Below are positions 41,978 through 53,198 of a stretch of DNA of 64,000 nt, in pieces. Below the pieces are notes generated by a model, which made no database searches, had not been told where the DNA came from, and saw only the letters and a program-made list of their open reading frames with translations. The position numbers were made by a program, and so were the translations under genes. Location of the stretch: assembly GCA_963801355.1 (NCBI GenBank), contig CAWDEM010000004.1, positions 1,120,001 to 1,184,000 of the forward strand, read 5' to 3'. Numbering within the stretch: the first letter of the stretch is position 1; each line of letters starts with the position of its first letter. Origin of the DNA: Ignavibacteriota bacterium (GTDB lineage Bacteria > Bacteroidota > Ignavibacteria > UBA10030 > UBA6906).

Positions 41978-42807
41978 TTTCGGAAATGGTGAGCAAGTTC
42001 TATGATTTCTCCGACCGCACGATGGTCATTACAGGAGGCGGCGGGGTGCTCTGCAGCGAGATGGCGGTTGCGCTCGCAGGATGCGGCGCCCGGATGGCGG
42101 TCCTCGACCGTGATCTGGCGCTGGCACAAAAGGTCGTTGACCGCATCGTGAAGTCCGGCGGTACTGCGATTGCCGTGCAGGCTGATGTATTGATTCCCGA
42201 CCGTCTGGAAGAAGCCAGGAAGCAGGTCACCGAAGCCTTCGGCCATGTGGACACTCTCATCAACGGGGCCGGCGGTAACAACCCGAAGGCAACCACCGGT
42301 GCCGCCCAGTCATTCTTCGCGCTGCCGCCCGAGGCCTTGCGGTTCGTTTTCGATTTGAATATTGTCGGGGCGATTCTGCCGTCGCAGGTTTTCGGACGAG
42401 CCATGGCCGAGCACCGGCGCGGCGTGATTCTGAATGTCTCTTCCATGAATGCCTTCCGTCCCCTTACCCGGATCCCGGCCTATTCTGCGGCCAAGGCCGG
42501 TGTCAGCAACTTCACCCAATGGCTTGCCGTGCATATGGCACAGGAATATTCACCCGACATCCGGGTCAATGCGCTCGCCCCCGGTTTTTTCCTGACCGAC
42601 CAGAACCGGTTCCTGCTGACGGAGCAGGCAACGGGTGCCCTGACCGAGCGTGGCAAAAAAATCATCGACCACACGCCCATGGCACGGTTCGGAACACCGC
42701 ACGATTTGCTCGGCACCGTTCTCTGGCTGCTCTCGCCGGCAGCAGCGTTCGTGACCGGAACGGTGATCCCCGTCGACGGCGGATTCTCGGCATATTCAGG
42801 TGTCTAA
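41974..42807 (+). CDS. uxuB: SDR-type D-mannonate oxidoreductase (fructuronate reductase)
   Basis: TGGGGVL, INGAGGN, PLTRIPAYSAAK, NFTQWLAVH, GFFLT.QNR; follows uxaC. Confidence 0.82.
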   Translation: MISEMVSKFYDFSDRTMVITGGGGVLCSEMAVALAGCGARMAVLDRDLALAQKVVDRIVKSGGTAIAVQADVLIPDRLEEARKQVTEAFGHVDTLINGAGGNNPKATTGAAQSFFALPPEALRFVFDLNIVGAILPSQVFGRAMAEHRRGVILNVSSMNAFRPLTRIPAYSAAKAGVSNFTQWLAVHMAQEYSPDIRVNALAPGFFLTDQNRFLLTEQATGALTERGKKIIDHTPMARFGTPHDLLGTVLWLLSPAAAFVTGTVIPVDGGFSAYSGV

Positions 42808-42828
42808 CATCGTATTCCGGAGATCGTT

Positions 42829-44238
42829 ATGAAGACGCAGCAATTTGGAGTTGTGGGACTGGGCGTTATGGGTCAGAATCTGGCTCTGAACATCGCCCGC
42901 AACGGGTACAGCGTGGCAGGTCTTGATCTGGACCCCGCGAAAGTGAAAAGCACCGTCGGCAAGTTCAGCGGATCCGACATCGTCGCGACGGATTCCAAAG
43001 AGGAATTCGCTGCGCTGCTCGCTGCGCCGAGAATGGTACTCATCATGGTGCCGGCCGGGAAGGCCGTGGATGCAGTGATCAATGACCTGCGCCCGCACCT
43101 CACGCAGGGTGATATCCTCATCGACGGAGGCAACTCCTATTTCGAAGACACCCGCCGGCGGCTGAAACAGCTCATGGGCAGCGGCATCCTCTACATCGGG
43201 ACGGGGGTGAGCGGCGGGGAGGAGGGTGCGTTGCACGGTCCGGCCATCATGCCGGGCGGTGATGCCGCCGCCTGGCCGCTCGTGAAACCGATCTTCCAGA
43301 AAATCAGTGCGAAGGCTCCTGACGGAGTTCCCTGCTGTGACTGGATCGGCTCCGATGGTGCCGGCCATTTTGTGAAGATGGTGCACAACGGCATCGAATA
43401 TGCCGATATGCAAATGATCTGCGAGGCCTACTTCCTGATGGAAAAGGTGCTGGGGCTGAGCCCGGACGAGATGCACCGCGTCTTCACCGCCTGGAACGGC
43501 GGTGAGCTCAACAGCTACCTGATCGAGATCACGGCCAAAATCATGTCCCGGAAGGACCCGGATACCGGCAAAGCACTGGTGCAGGTCATTCTGGACACGG
43601 CCGAACAAAAAGGAACCGGCAAGTGGACGAGCACGGTATCACTGGATCTGGGTGTGCCGGCGCAGACCATCGCCGAAGCTGTGTTTGCCCGCATGTTGAG
43701 CGCCCTCAAGAAAGAGCGGGTGGCGGCGTCGACCGTGCTGGCGGGCCCCAACGGCGTATTCAAGGGCAACAAAGAAGAATTCATCGAGATGATCAGAAGA
43801 GCTCTGTATGCATCAAAGATCTGCTCGTATGCGCAGGGGTTCCAACTGTTGAAGGCTGCCGACGAGGAGTATAAGTGGAATCTTCGTTTTGGCTCGATTG
43901 CATCATTGTGGCGTGCCGGATGCATCATCCGCGCGCAATTCCTGGGCAAGATCAAGGAAGCGTACGAACGCAATCCGGCGCTCGCGAATCTGCTGCTCGA
44001 TCCATATTTCACCGGAGCCATCCGCGAAGCGTCGACGTCATGGCGCAAGGTCGTTGCCACGGCGGTGGAACTCGGCGTACCGGTCCCTGCGTTCAGCAGT
44101 GCCCTGTCATACTATGATGGATATCGCTCGGCGGTCCTGCCCGCGAACCTGCTGCAAGCCCAGCGTGATTTCTTCGGCGCGCACACATATCGCCGCATCG
44201 ACAAAGAAGGCATTTTCCATACACAGTGGGAAGAGTGA
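42829..44238 (+). CDS. gnd: 6-phosphogluconate dehydrogenase, decarboxylating
   Basis: [44 protein letters not shown]. Confidence 0.97.
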   Translation: MKTQQFGVVGLGVMGQNLALNIARNGYSVAGLDLDPAKVKSTVGKFSGSDIVATDSKEEFAALLAAPRMVLIMVPAGKAVDAVINDLRPHLTQGDILIDGGNSYFEDTRRRLKQLMGSGILYIGTGVSGGEEGALHGPAIMPGGDAAAWPLVKPIFQKISAKAPDGVPCCDWIGSDGAGHFVKMVHNGIEYADMQMICEAYFLMEKVLGLSPDEMHRVFTAWNGGELNSYLIEITAKIMSRKDPDTGKALVQVILDTAEQKGTGKWTSTVSLDLGVPAQTIAEAVFARMLSALKKERVAASTVLAGPNGVFKGNKEEFIEMIRRALYASKICSYAQGFQLLKAADEEYKWNLRFGSIASLWRAGCIIRAQFLGKIKEAYERNPALANLLLDPYFTGAIREASTSWRKVVATAVELGVPVPAFSSALSYYDGYRSAVLPANLLQAQRDFFGAHTYRRIDKEGIFHTQWEE

Positions 44239-44244
44239 CCCGGC

Positions 44245-45405
44245 ATGGTGATCGTGGTCGACAGCAAGAACCCGTTTCTCGCTGATGCGCTCGCCGGAAT
44301 CGCAGAAGTGCGGCAGCTGGATACTGCTGCGATTACGCATGAGGTGTTGCGCGATGCGGATGCCGTGGTCGTGCGCTCGGAGACGAGAGTCGGGGAACCT
44401 CTGCTCCGGAATACGCGTGTGCAGTTCGTGGGGACGGCGACGATCGGCACGGATCACGTGGATACCGCATACTTGCAGAGGTCCGGTATCGGCTTTGCGA
44501 GTGCGCCCGGCAGCAACGCAAATTCCGTCGCCGAGTATGTCGCCGCAGCGCTCCTGGAGACCGCCGCCCGTCTTCACATCTCACTGAAGAACCGAATCCT
44601 CGGAGTGGTCGGCGTCGGTAATGTCGGGAGCCGGGTGGTGCGCGTCGGCCGCGCTCTCGGCATGCAGATTCTCCAAAATGATCCCCCGGTCGCCCGGAAG
44701 ACAGGCGGCCGGGATTTTGTTTCCCTTGATGCGATCATGGAAGCGGATGTGGTTTCCCTCCATGTGCCCCTGACCCGGACGGGTGACGACCCGACCTTCC
44801 ATCTGTTCAACCGGGAACGCCTCTTCCGCATGAAACGCAGGAGCGTGCTGTTGAACACCTCCCGGGGTGCTGTTGTGGAGGGGAGGGGACTGCACTCCGC
44901 TCTGACTGCCGGTCATCTGGCAGCCGCCGTCCTCGATGTCTGGGAAGGAGAACCGGATATCGATCCTCTGCTTCTCGGCACGGTGCTCATCGGGACTCCG
45001 CACATCGCAGGATATTCGTTTGACGGCAAGGTCAATGCCGCGCGCGCAATGTTTGAGTCCATTGTGCGCCACTTCGGAGTGGCGCGGCAGTGGCCTGACC
45101 CGGCGGCCATGCCCTCACCGCGGGCCGGCCGGATCGAACTCTCACCGCTGACTGATTGGCAGGAAGAACTCCGCCGCGTCATCAACTGTTGCTACAGCAT
45201 AGGGGAAGATGACAGGCGGCTCCGGGAACTGCTGGCATTGCCTGACGGTGCCCGGGGCGCGGAGTTCCGCAGTCAACGGGCCCACTATCCCGTGCGGCGC
45301 GAGTTTCACGCTACCCTGATAATTGCCCGGCGAGGATGCGACTCCGTGCGGGAGTCCCTGTCCGCGCTGGGTTTCACCCTGCAGGAATCACAGGAGGATG
45401 CATGA
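44245..45405 (+). CDS. pdxB: Erythronate-4-phosphate dehydrogenase
   Basis: VRSETRV, GTATIGTDH, APGSNANSVAEY, GVGNVG, TPHIAGYS..GK, C-terminal YPVRRE. Confidence 0.85.
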   Translation: MVIVVDSKNPFLADALAGIAEVRQLDTAAITHEVLRDADAVVVRSETRVGEPLLRNTRVQFVGTATIGTDHVDTAYLQRSGIGFASAPGSNANSVAEYVAAALLETAARLHISLKNRILGVVGVGNVGSRVVRVGRALGMQILQNDPPVARKTGGRDFVSLDAIMEADVVSLHVPLTRTGDDPTFHLFNRERLFRMKRRSVLLNTSRGAVVEGRGLHSALTAGHLAAAVLDVWEGEPDIDPLLLGTVLIGTPHIAGYSFDGKVNAARAMFESIVRHFGVARQWPDPAAMPSPRAGRIELSPLTDWQEELRRVINCCYSIGEDDRRLRELLALPDGARGAEFRSQRAHYPVRREFHATLIIARRGCDSVRESLSALGFTLQESQEDA

Positions 45406-46667
45406 TCGGCTCGGGTTTCACTGATCGCGATCTGGCCGTTGAGGAGGTCCGCACCATTCTTTCCGCCGCGTTCGAGAAGGAAGCCTTCGACGGGAAGCGG
45501 GTGCTGATGGTCATCCCTGACAGCACGCGGACTGCCCCCATCGGGTTGATGTTCCGGGAAATCGCCGCCCTGTTGCAGCCGCGCGTGAAGCACCTGGATG
45601 TGCTCGTGGCGCTGGGGACGCATCCCCCGATGAGTGAGGCGGCCATTGACCAGCGGCTCGAAATGGCTCCGGGGGAACGCGCCCGGCTCTTCCCGCGGAT
45701 CCGTGTGTTCAACCATCACTGGAATGATCCCTCGCAGCTGGTCTCCCTCGGCACGATCAGCGAACGCGACGTGGAGCACATCTCACGCGGGCTCATGAGT
45801 GAACGCGTGAATGTGACGATCAACAAACTGGTGCTCGAGTATGATCTGGTGATGATTGTCGGACCGGTATTTCCGCATGAAGTAGTGGGTTTCTCGGGCG
45901 GCAACAAGTATCTCTTCCCTGGCATTTCGGGACCGGAGATCATCGACATGTTTCACTGGCTGGGCGCACTTATCACAAGTCCCGTGATCATCGGCAGGAA
46001 GAATACCCCGGTGCGTGCGGTCGTCAACAAGGCCGCCTCATTGCTTCCTGTCAGGCGGTACTGCTGCAGTCTGGTCGTCCGGGGACACGGACTGGCGGGA
46101 TTGTACTGCGGGACTCCGGAAGAAGCGTGGGAAGGGGCGGCAGACCTCTCAAACCTGATCCACATCCTGTACAAAGACCGGCCGTATCACAGCGTGCTCT
46201 CCTGCGCGCCCTCGATGTACGACGACCTCTGGGTGGGAGCGAAGTGCACGTACAAACTCGAACCGGTCGTAGCGGACGGCGGCGAGGTCATCATCTATGC
46301 GCCGCACATCAAGGAGATTTCCGTTACGCACGGGAAACTCATCGGTGAGATCGGCTATCATGTGCGGGACTATTTTCTCTCCCGGTTTGACCGTTTTGCC
46401 CATATCCCGCGGGGGGTCCTGGCACACTCCACGCACGTGCGCGGTGTGGGAACGATGGTGGACGGTGTCGAGTACCCGCGAATATCCGTGATCCTTGCGA
46501 CAGGAATTCCGGAGGCGGAATGCCGCAAGGTGAATCTCGGGTATCGTGACCCCCGTTCCATCACCCTGCAAGATTGGAGAGACCGTGAGATCGAAGGAGT
46601 GCTTCTCGTGCCCAAAGCGGGGGAGATCCTCTACCGGTTGACCAACGATCCATTCCCCTTCACGTAA
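45402..46667 (+). CDS. LarA (lactate racemase) superfamily protein, probable mannonate/gluconate 2-epimerase
   Basis: IPDSTRT, ALGTH, NHHW, PHEVVGFSGGNK; last gene of the hexuronate operon. Confidence 0.8.
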   Translation: MIGSGFTDRDLAVEEVRTILSAAFEKEAFDGKRVLMVIPDSTRTAPIGLMFREIAALLQPRVKHLDVLVALGTHPPMSEAAIDQRLEMAPGERARLFPRIRVFNHHWNDPSQLVSLGTISERDVEHISRGLMSERVNVTINKLVLEYDLVMIVGPVFPHEVVGFSGGNKYLFPGISGPEIIDMFHWLGALITSPVIIGRKNTPVRAVVNKAASLLPVRRYCCSLVVRGHGLAGLYCGTPEEAWEGAADLSNLIHILYKDRPYHSVLSCAPSMYDDLWVGAKCTYKLEPVVADGGEVIIYAPHIKEISVTHGKLIGEIGYHVRDYFLSRFDRFAHIPRGVLAHSTHVRGVGTMVDGVEYPRISVILATGIPEAECRKVNLGYRDPRSITLQDWRDREIEGVLLVPKAGEILYRLTNDPFPFT

Positions 46668-46676
46668 CGCGCAGCA

Positions 46677-46711
46677 CTCCGGCATGCCGTTTTCGATGCA
46701 GCGTGCCGGAG
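46677..46711. terminator. Stem-loop between convergent operons
   Basis: CTCCGGCATGC/GCGTGCCGGAG 11-bp stem with one G-U pair. Confidence 0.55.
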
Positions 46712-46736
46712 GCGCTCCGTCTCGCGTGGTCTGCGT

Positions 46737-47882
46737 CTACTTCACTTCCAGCACATCCTTGTCCGGTAACTTGGGGAACGGTGCATGTGGTTCCGTCTGG
46801 TACCAGAATGCCACCGAGGCGATGTCGTCCTGGAGCGGCAGGTAGCGTCCGCCTGACCGCCATCCCAGGGCCTGCATGGTGACACGAAGATCCTTCTCGA
46901 ACCTGACGGGATCCATAATGTGCCAGCGGTAGAGTCCGAACCGTTGCTGGGAGTTGGCACCGAGGCCGTCAGGGCGAATGACCTGGGGCATCCCTGTGTA
47001 CGGGGTGGTGAATTCCACATATTGTTTTGTCTTGGGATCCTCGAAACCGTAGGAACCGCAAAAGTAATCCTCCGTGCCGGTCCCACAGATGGTTGGGTAC
47101 GAGCCGTCGCCATCCATGTAGAACTTTATCTCTCCTTCTCCCCACCAGCCGTTGTTGTTCACCCCCCAGGCCATGTAGAGTCCGACGAAATGCCCCCAGC
47201 CTTTCACACCATCGAGAATGGTGTAGTCCTGTTTGTACGGGAGCGGGTTGACGCGGCGGAATTGTGCGTGAAAGTATGCCGCGTCGTCGGAAACATCGGT
47301 GAGTGTGTAGTTGACCTGGTAGTAGAGGAACAGGTCTTCCTCGGCGATATTCTCGACGGTGATCTTGCATGATCTCCGGAAGGGCATTTCCCAATAGCAG
47401 TTGAAGCCGTTGCCCGGGTTGACGCACACCGGGAGAGAAACGATTGGCGCGAACTGGCACCAGCCGTTGCCGAAGAAATCGGCCACCGGCGTTTCGACGG
47501 ACGGTGTGGCTTCGCCGTCCCAATAGATGCGCAGCAGCGCGTAGCGCCAGTGTCCGCTCGGCGTCATCCATACCTGTTGAATGGCGCCCGGGCCCTTGAT
47601 CTCCGCGAGTGTGAAGATCTCCTGTGGCTTGATCTTCACGGAAGGCGAGATTTTCCACCCCTGCCCGAGGTCGCGGGCGGCTTTGGCACCCGTCCCCTCG
47701 GTGGCCGTTCCCCCTTTGCCCTTTTCTCCGGTGAAGTTCTCCGGGCTGATCGAGCGGGTCTTCGCGTGTGAAAGCCGTGAAAGCGTCCCGAGCCCCAAAC
47801 CAAGACCGTTGTACGATTGTTGAGCCATCATGGTGCCTCCGGCAAAGACGAGTAGGATGGGAATTATACGCATCGGTGTCAT
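46737..47882 (-). CDS. Secreted glycoside hydrolase family 172 (DUF2961)
   Basis: SISPENFTGEKG, GPGAIQQVWMT, WWGEGEIKFY, GTGTEDYF, YRWHIMDPVRF. Confidence 0.9.
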   Translation of the reverse strand: MTPMRIIPILLVFAGGTMMAQQSYNGLGLGLGTLSRLSHAKTRSISPENFTGEKGKGGTATEGTGAKAARDLGQGWKISPSVKIKPQEIFTLAEIKGPGAIQQVWMTPSGHWRYALLRIYWDGEATPSVETPVADFFGNGWCQFAPIVSLPVCVNPGNGFNCYWEMPFRRSCKITVENIAEEDLFLYYQVNYTLTDVSDDAAYFHAQFRRVNPLPYKQDYTILDGVKGWGHFVGLYMAWGVNNNGWWGEGEIKFYMDGDGSYPTICGTGTEDYFCGSYGFEDPKTKQYVEFTTPYTGMPQVIRPDGLGANSQQRFGLYRWHIMDPVRFEKDLRVTMQALGWRSGGRYLPLQDDIASVAFWYQTEPHAPFPKLPDKDVLEVK

Positions 47883-47905
47883 GTGTTCTCCGTTTCGATG
47901 TGAGT

Positions 47906-49534
47906 TCAGAACGGCCTCATGAGTTCCTGGTACGATCGAAGATGATCATACATCTTCCTGAAGACCCGGTACTTTGCCGCGTGAAAGCGCGCATGCTTTT
48001 TCTGCGGTTGAAACCTCTGCCCGGCCGAGCTCATGCGGACCGCTGCATCCAGGATGGAAGGAAACTTTCCGGCGCCGACCGCAGCGAGCATTGCGGTGCC
48101 GAGCAGGACCGCCTCCGGTTCCCGCGGGAGGATGATCTCGCAGCCGGTGATATCGGCATGTTCCTGGAGCCAGAGGGGGTTGCGGGTGCCGCCGCCGCAC
48201 GCATGGATGCGTTTGATGGCAAACCCGTTGCCGTTCATCGTTTCAATAATGTGGCGCGTGCCGTAGGCGATTGCCTGGATCGTGGCATAGTACAGCCGCG
48301 CGATGGAGTCGATGCTATCGTCCAGTGAGAGTCCGCTGATGATGCCCCGGGCGGCGGGATCGGCGTGCGGCGAACGGTTTCCCAGAAAGTAGGGGAGGAT
48401 GTGGAGATCTTTCACGATCGCCGGCCCTTCCAATTCTCGCTGCTTGATATCCGACACGACGCCGTTCAGATATTCGTAGACGGTGACCCCGCGGCCGCGC
48501 GCTTCAGCGGTGACAATTTCCGAGCGGCATGTAGAGTGGATGATGAAATCCAGCAGCGAGCCTGTCGCGCTCTGTCCGCCCTCGGTAAGCCAGAGTCCAG
48601 GGATCATGGCATCTCTGTACGGCCCCCAGATCCCCTTGATGAAGTGGGGCGACCGCGACACGGCCATATGACAGGAGGACGTGCCGCCGATCAGCGCGAG
48701 GACCCGTTCAAGGGCTGCAGGCTTCGGCGTGCTGGTGAAGCCCATGCCCATTACGCCGATGCCCCCCGCATGCGCGTCAATGATGCCGACAGCCACTTTC
48801 GTGGCCGTCGTGAGGCCGAGGTGCTGCGCCGCGACCGGCGTGAGCTCGCCGGCATAGGAACCCATCGGCATGATCCTGTCGCCGATCATCCCCTTTGTGA
48901 GGAGGTCATCCATGCCGAGCTTGCCATAGAAGGTGGGATCCCACCGTGCTTTCTTTCCGTCAAATCCCCATTTGCACACCGTGGTGCAAAGGCTGCGCAC
49001 ATCCTGTCCGGTGGCCTGCAGGACCAGGAAGTCCGCAAGGTCAAGATAGCGGGCAGCCCTTTTCCACGTCGCCGGCATATGCTCTTTCAGCCAGAGGAGT
49101 TTCGGCGGTTCCATCTCCGGAGAAATCACCCCGCCCACATACTTCAACAGAGGATGATGGGTGGCGTTGATGCGCCGGGCTTGATCGATGGCGCGATGGT
49201 CCATCCAGACAATGACATTGTGTTCTGCTGTTCCGGTGGGTGAAACGGTGATTGGTGCCAGGGAAGCATCCAGTGCCACGAGTGAACAGGTCGCGTCAAA
49301 AGAGAGCCCGACCACGGTTGAAGGATGAATCTCCGCTACGGCGACGGCCTCACGCACAACTTCGCCCGCCCGTGCCCAGATGTCGGTTGAAGACTGCTCC
49401 ACGAAATCTTCCCTGGGCCGCCAGATCTGGATCTCGCGGACAGCATGGCCGACCATTCTTCCTTCGAGGTCAAACACGCCGGCACGGACGCTTCCCGTGC
49501 CCACATCGACTCCGATGACATAGTCGAAGTTCAT
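47906..49534 (-). CDS. FGGY-family pentulose kinase (D-ribulokinase-like)
   Basis: GVDVGTGSVRAG, FDATCSLV, WMDHRA, GTSSCHM, EGGQSATG, GNRSP; ATGA overlap with the upstream gene. Confidence 0.9.
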   Translation of the reverse strand: MNFDYVIGVDVGTGSVRAGVFDLEGRMVGHAVREIQIWRPREDFVEQSSTDIWARAGEVVREAVAVAEIHPSTVVGLSFDATCSLVALDASLAPITVSPTGTAEHNVIVWMDHRAIDQARRINATHHPLLKYVGGVISPEMEPPKLLWLKEHMPATWKRAARYLDLADFLVLQATGQDVRSLCTTVCKWGFDGKKARWDPTFYGKLGMDDLLTKGMIGDRIMPMGSYAGELTPVAAQHLGLTTATKVAVGIIDAHAGGIGVMGMGFTSTPKPAALERVLALIGGTSSCHMAVSRSPHFIKGIWGPYRDAMIPGLWLTEGGQSATGSLLDFIIHSTCRSEIVTAEARGRGVTVYEYLNGVVSDIKQRELEGPAIVKDLHILPYFLGNRSPHADPAARGIISGLSLDDSIDSIARLYYATIQAIAYGTRHIIETMNGNGFAIKRIHACGGGTRNPLWLQEHADITGCEIILPREPEAVLLGTAMLAAVGAGKFPSILDAAVRMSSAGQRFQPQKKHARFHAAKYRVFRKMYDHLRSYQELMRPF

Positions 49535-50463
49535 TCTTTCAACCACTCGCCTCCCTTGTCGATATTTCCGCGCGTGAAGACCCGCGAAGGCAATGTCACT
49601 TCCTTCTGCACCTTCTTCCCCTTGAGGATTTCCAGGGCTGTGGTGACGGCCTCCCGTCCTCCAGTCGGGTACTCAAAGGACGCGGAGAGAATTCCCTGCC
49701 TGACGTACATTTGGCCTTCTTGTGGCAAGCCGTCGATGCCTACAAAGGTAATTTGTTTCTCCCTCCCGGCGGCCTTGGCGGCAAGATACGCCCCATGCGC
49801 GCCCGGGTCATTGTGCGCATAGACCAGCGTGATATTCGGGAACCGGGCCAGTGCCGACTCCATTTCCTTCCGGGCATTCGGTTCCAGCCATTTCATGTCG
49901 GCCTCGAAGACCACAGACACGCCGCTCCCGGCGATTCCGTCGCGGAATCCCGTATGCCGGTCCTGCCCCGGCGTCGACGTCATGAGCCCCTTCAGTTCCA
50001 CGATTGTACCCTTTCCCCCGAGCAGGTTCACAATCCATTTGCCCGCCGCACGGCCGATTTTTTTGTTGTCCGCACCGATGAAACACGTGTACTCGTTGCC
50101 GACGACGCGCCTGTCCAGCACGATGACGGGAATGCCATTGCGGTATGCATCGGCCACCGGCTTGGTGAGGGGAGCTGCTTCCTTGGGGGAGATAATGATC
50201 AGGTCCACCTTCTGCCGCACGAACTCTCCGACATGCGCGCTCTGGCGCAGGTTGTCGTTCTGTGCGTCTTTGAAGACAACACGCAATTCCGGGTGTCCCT
50301 CCGCCGCCTTCCTGATGTCGGCATTCATCTGGACCCGCCACGGCTCGCCGAGATTGCACTGGCTCATGCCGATGGTCCACCGGGGTGACTGGGCGAACGT
50401 GAGTGTCATAGACAGCGCCAGACCGCACGTCATGAGGATGAGTGTCCGGAACAAGGGTTGCAT
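49531..50463 (-). CDS. Sugar ABC transporter substrate-binding protein (RbsB-like)
   Basis: Signal peptide, SQCNLGEPWR, IPVIVLDR, GADN, AHND, GIDG. Confidence 0.9.
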   Translation of the reverse strand: MQPLFRTLILMTCGLALSMTLTFAQSPRWTIGMSQCNLGEPWRVQMNADIRKAAEGHPELRVVFKDAQNDNLRQSAHVGEFVRQKVDLIIISPKEAAPLTKPVADAYRNGIPVIVLDRRVVGNEYTCFIGADNKKIGRAAGKWIVNLLGGKGTIVELKGLMTSTPGQDRHTGFRDGIAGSGVSVVFEADMKWLEPNARKEMESALARFPNITLVYAHNDPGAHGAYLAAKAAGREKQITFVGIDGLPQEGQMYVRQGILSASFEYPTGGREAVTTALEILKGKKVQKEVTLPSRVFTRGNIDKGGEWLKE

Positions 50464-50480
50464 GGAATTGCTCCTTGTGG

Positions 50481-51452
50481 TTATGTGCCGCGTTGAAACA
50501 GCACCGCGGCAAGAATAATGAGTCCAGTCAGCATGAGCCGTGTTTCTTCTCCGACCGCATTGATGCTCAGGATTTTCTCGAGATTCCCGATGATCAAGAC
50601 GCCGAGAAGCGTCAGCCAGATGGACCCTCTGCCGCCCTGCAGGGAGGTGCCGCCGATGACCACCATGGCGATCGCGCTCAGCTCGTATGTCGCCCCGGCT
50701 TCAGGATCACCCTGCAGTTCCTGCGCCGCCTGGCAGATGCCGGCGATCCCGCATGTGAAGCCGCAAAATCCGTACGCGAACAGCTTCGTCATGCCCACCG
50801 GGATGCCCGCGTAGAGTGCGGCCTCCTCATTCCCGCCCACGGCGTACACCTGCCGCCCCCAGGGGGTATGTGTGAGGAGCACCCACACCAGCACAAGGCA
50901 GACCACAAGGATAACAGTGACCACGGCAAGATTGTCGCCTGCCATGCGGGCACTGATCAGGTCGAAGAGGCGAGGGGTGTCGACATAGTGGTACGTGCCA
51001 TCCGGAAGTTGTACTGCGGTCGAGATCTTTTCTCCGCCCGAAATGAGTTTTGCCAGTCCACGGGCAAAGACCATCATTGCCAGAGTCGCGATGAACGGCT
51101 GGACGCGAAAGCGGGCGATCACCCCGCCCGATACCAGGCCGCAGGCGGTCCCCAGAAGGAGCGTTCCGCCGACGGCGATAGCATCCGGTACTCCTTGATG
51201 CATCGAGAGCAGGGAGAATGCGACGGCACAGAGTCCGAGAATGCTCCCGACGGAAAGATCAATGCCGCCGGCAATGATCACCACGGTCATGCCGCACGCC
51301 AGGATGCCATAGACCGACACCTGCCGCAGCATATCCCGTTGGGTTGCCCACTGGAAAAAAGTCCCGTCCGCGTTGAAGACCGCTCCGAGCACCATGACCA
51401 GGGCCAGGGAGAGGAAGGCGCGGGCGAGGGGGTGATCTTTAACGGACGCCAC
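50481..51452 (-). CDS. Sugar ABC transporter permease
   Basis: [44 protein letters not shown]. Confidence 0.93.
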   Translation of the reverse strand: MASVKDHPLARAFLSLALVMVLGAVFNADGTFFQWATQRDMLRQVSVYGILACGMTVVIIAGGIDLSVGSILGLCAVAFSLLSMHQGVPDAIAVGGTLLLGTACGLVSGGVIARFRVQPFIATLAMMVFARGLAKLISGGEKISTAVQLPDGTYHYVDTPRLFDLISARMAGDNLAVVTVILVVCLVLVWVLLTHTPWGRQVYAVGGNEEAALYAGIPVGMTKLFAYGFCGFTCGIAGICQAAQELQGDPEAGATYELSAIAMVVIGGTSLQGGRGSIWLTLLGVLIIGNLEKILSINAVGEETRLMLTGLIILAAVLFQRGT

Positions 51453-53037
51453 AGAAGTACACTTTCACGCCGAGCGCACGCATGGCCGCTGCCTTCGCAT
51501 ACATTGCCCGCCGTGCCCCGGCTGCGTCCGGAGCGTACGCCACCTGGATGTGGTTGGACTGGTGGCGGGCCATCATCTGGTCGCGGCTGACTCCCTGCAG
51601 CACCGCATGCATGATCGGCCATTCCGGATTCGTTTGGTTCCAGCGATCGCGTGTTTCCTCTTCCGGAAGAGCCACTGTTTCGCCGAGTCCGATGTCGCAG
51701 TGCAACGCATGGTCTTTCACGAATACACGGCTCCAGACGATTGGTCCCGGTTTGCTGACCCCCTTCAGTGTTGCTCCCCCGAGCCGGAAAAACATCGGAG
51801 GTTGCCGTTCGCCGACAGCACCACGATACCCGTCGACGAGATGGGCAGGCGGGACAGCTCCCGAGATTTCGAACACCCAGACGAACTTCTCGCGCCCGTT
51901 CACAGCAGAGGTGCGGCCCCAGCGGACATCGTGCAAGGTTGTTTCGGGGGAGAATCCCAGCTGGCGCCAGAGGCGATAGGTCACGAGGGCGTCCAGGCCC
52001 GCACATTCGTCCACTTCGTTGAAATGAGGTAGAGCTTCGCCCTCGTACAGCTCTCTGCCCGACTGCTCATGGAGCACCGGAGGACGTTCCACGTTATTCA
52101 ATAGACCCTCCACCAGGTCCGAAGCAGGGACAAGGTCCTTCAGCCCTTGCTGATACTGGATGCCGATGGTGTCACAGCCGAATTCATCGGCAATCCGCAA
52201 GGCGGCGATGTACATCTTGCACTGCTGCAGCACCTGTGCTTCCGTCAGATCGGTTGCCTCATCGTGGCCGAACTCGAATCGCATGCCGCGCTGAATGATC
52301 CAATCGAACACTTTCCGTGCTTCGTCATCGCCGACGGTGCGCATGCGGGCATAGAGGGTAGACTGGCTGAGCCGCTCCTTGAACACACCTGTCGCATGAA
52401 GGAGTTCATCGGGGATAATGGCATTGTACATGCCCATGCAACCCTCGTCGAAGATGCCCATGATGGCCTTGCGCTTGAGCAATGTCGCGGCAACAGCGAT
52501 GCCTGTCTTTGCGGCGGCGGCAGGAACGCGGACCTTGTTGTACGGCGTGACGTGCGAAGTGTCGTGCCGTAGTGTGCCGGTCTTGAGCCAGCGGGCCAAC
52601 CCTTTCATGAAGAAAGGATCGGTGAAGTCCTCGCTCCAGAGTGTGCTGAACGCCACCCCCGCTTTGGTGAGCGAGGCATTCAGGTTCAGCATACCCACCA
52701 GGCCTGGCCATGTTCCGCTCCAGTTGGCGACGGTCAGGATGGGGCCACGATGGGTGAGCAGACCCGCGAGGACATGGTGCGTATATTGCCAGACGGATTC
52801 AGCGACGATGAGCGGCGCAGTCGGCGGAATTGCGGCAAAAACTTCCATACCGTACTTCTGGCTGTCAATAAAACCGTGCTGTTTCACCGGATCGTACGGG
52901 TGTGCCCGGACTACGGTGCCGCCGAGCTTCTTTACCGCCGAGGTGACTTGCGCCTCCATTGCTGCCTGTGCGGGCTCGCATTTCTGATTGGCGGCCGGCC
53001 GTAGATCACCGCTGGCGACAAGGTATATGGATTTCAT
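51439..53037 (-). CDS. L-fucose/D-arabinose isomerase-like protein
   Basis: [41 protein letters not shown] pattern of FucI-fold proteins. Confidence 0.72.
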   Translation of the reverse strand: MKSIYLVASGDLRPAANQKCEPAQAAMEAQVTSAVKKLGGTVVRAHPYDPVKQHGFIDSQKYGMEVFAAIPPTAPLIVAESVWQYTHHVLAGLLTHRGPILTVANWSGTWPGLVGMLNLNASLTKAGVAFSTLWSEDFTDPFFMKGLARWLKTGTLRHDTSHVTPYNKVRVPAAAAKTGIAVAATLLKRKAIMGIFDEGCMGMYNAIIPDELLHATGVFKERLSQSTLYARMRTVGDDEARKVFDWIIQRGMRFEFGHDEATDLTEAQVLQQCKMYIAALRIADEFGCDTIGIQYQQGLKDLVPASDLVEGLLNNVERPPVLHEQSGRELYEGEALPHFNEVDECAGLDALVTYRLWRQLGFSPETTLHDVRWGRTSAVNGREKFVWVFEISGAVPPAHLVDGYRGAVGERQPPMFFRLGGATLKGVSKPGPIVWSRVFVKDHALHCDIGLGETVALPEEETRDRWNQTNPEWPIMHAVLQGVSRDQMMARHQSNHIQVAYAPDAAGARRAMYAKAAAMRALGVKVYFCGVR

Positions 53038-53198
53038 GATTACGTTCTCTGATTGTGTGGAATGATGAACGTCCGTCAGTGACTCCGGTGAGATACACAT
53101 TGCGGATATTGGTCGAAATTACAGAAAAACATCGGGAAACACAACTTGAAGTTGCCCATCATCCTCTCTACATTGAAGTCCCAGGAAGGAGCCACACG

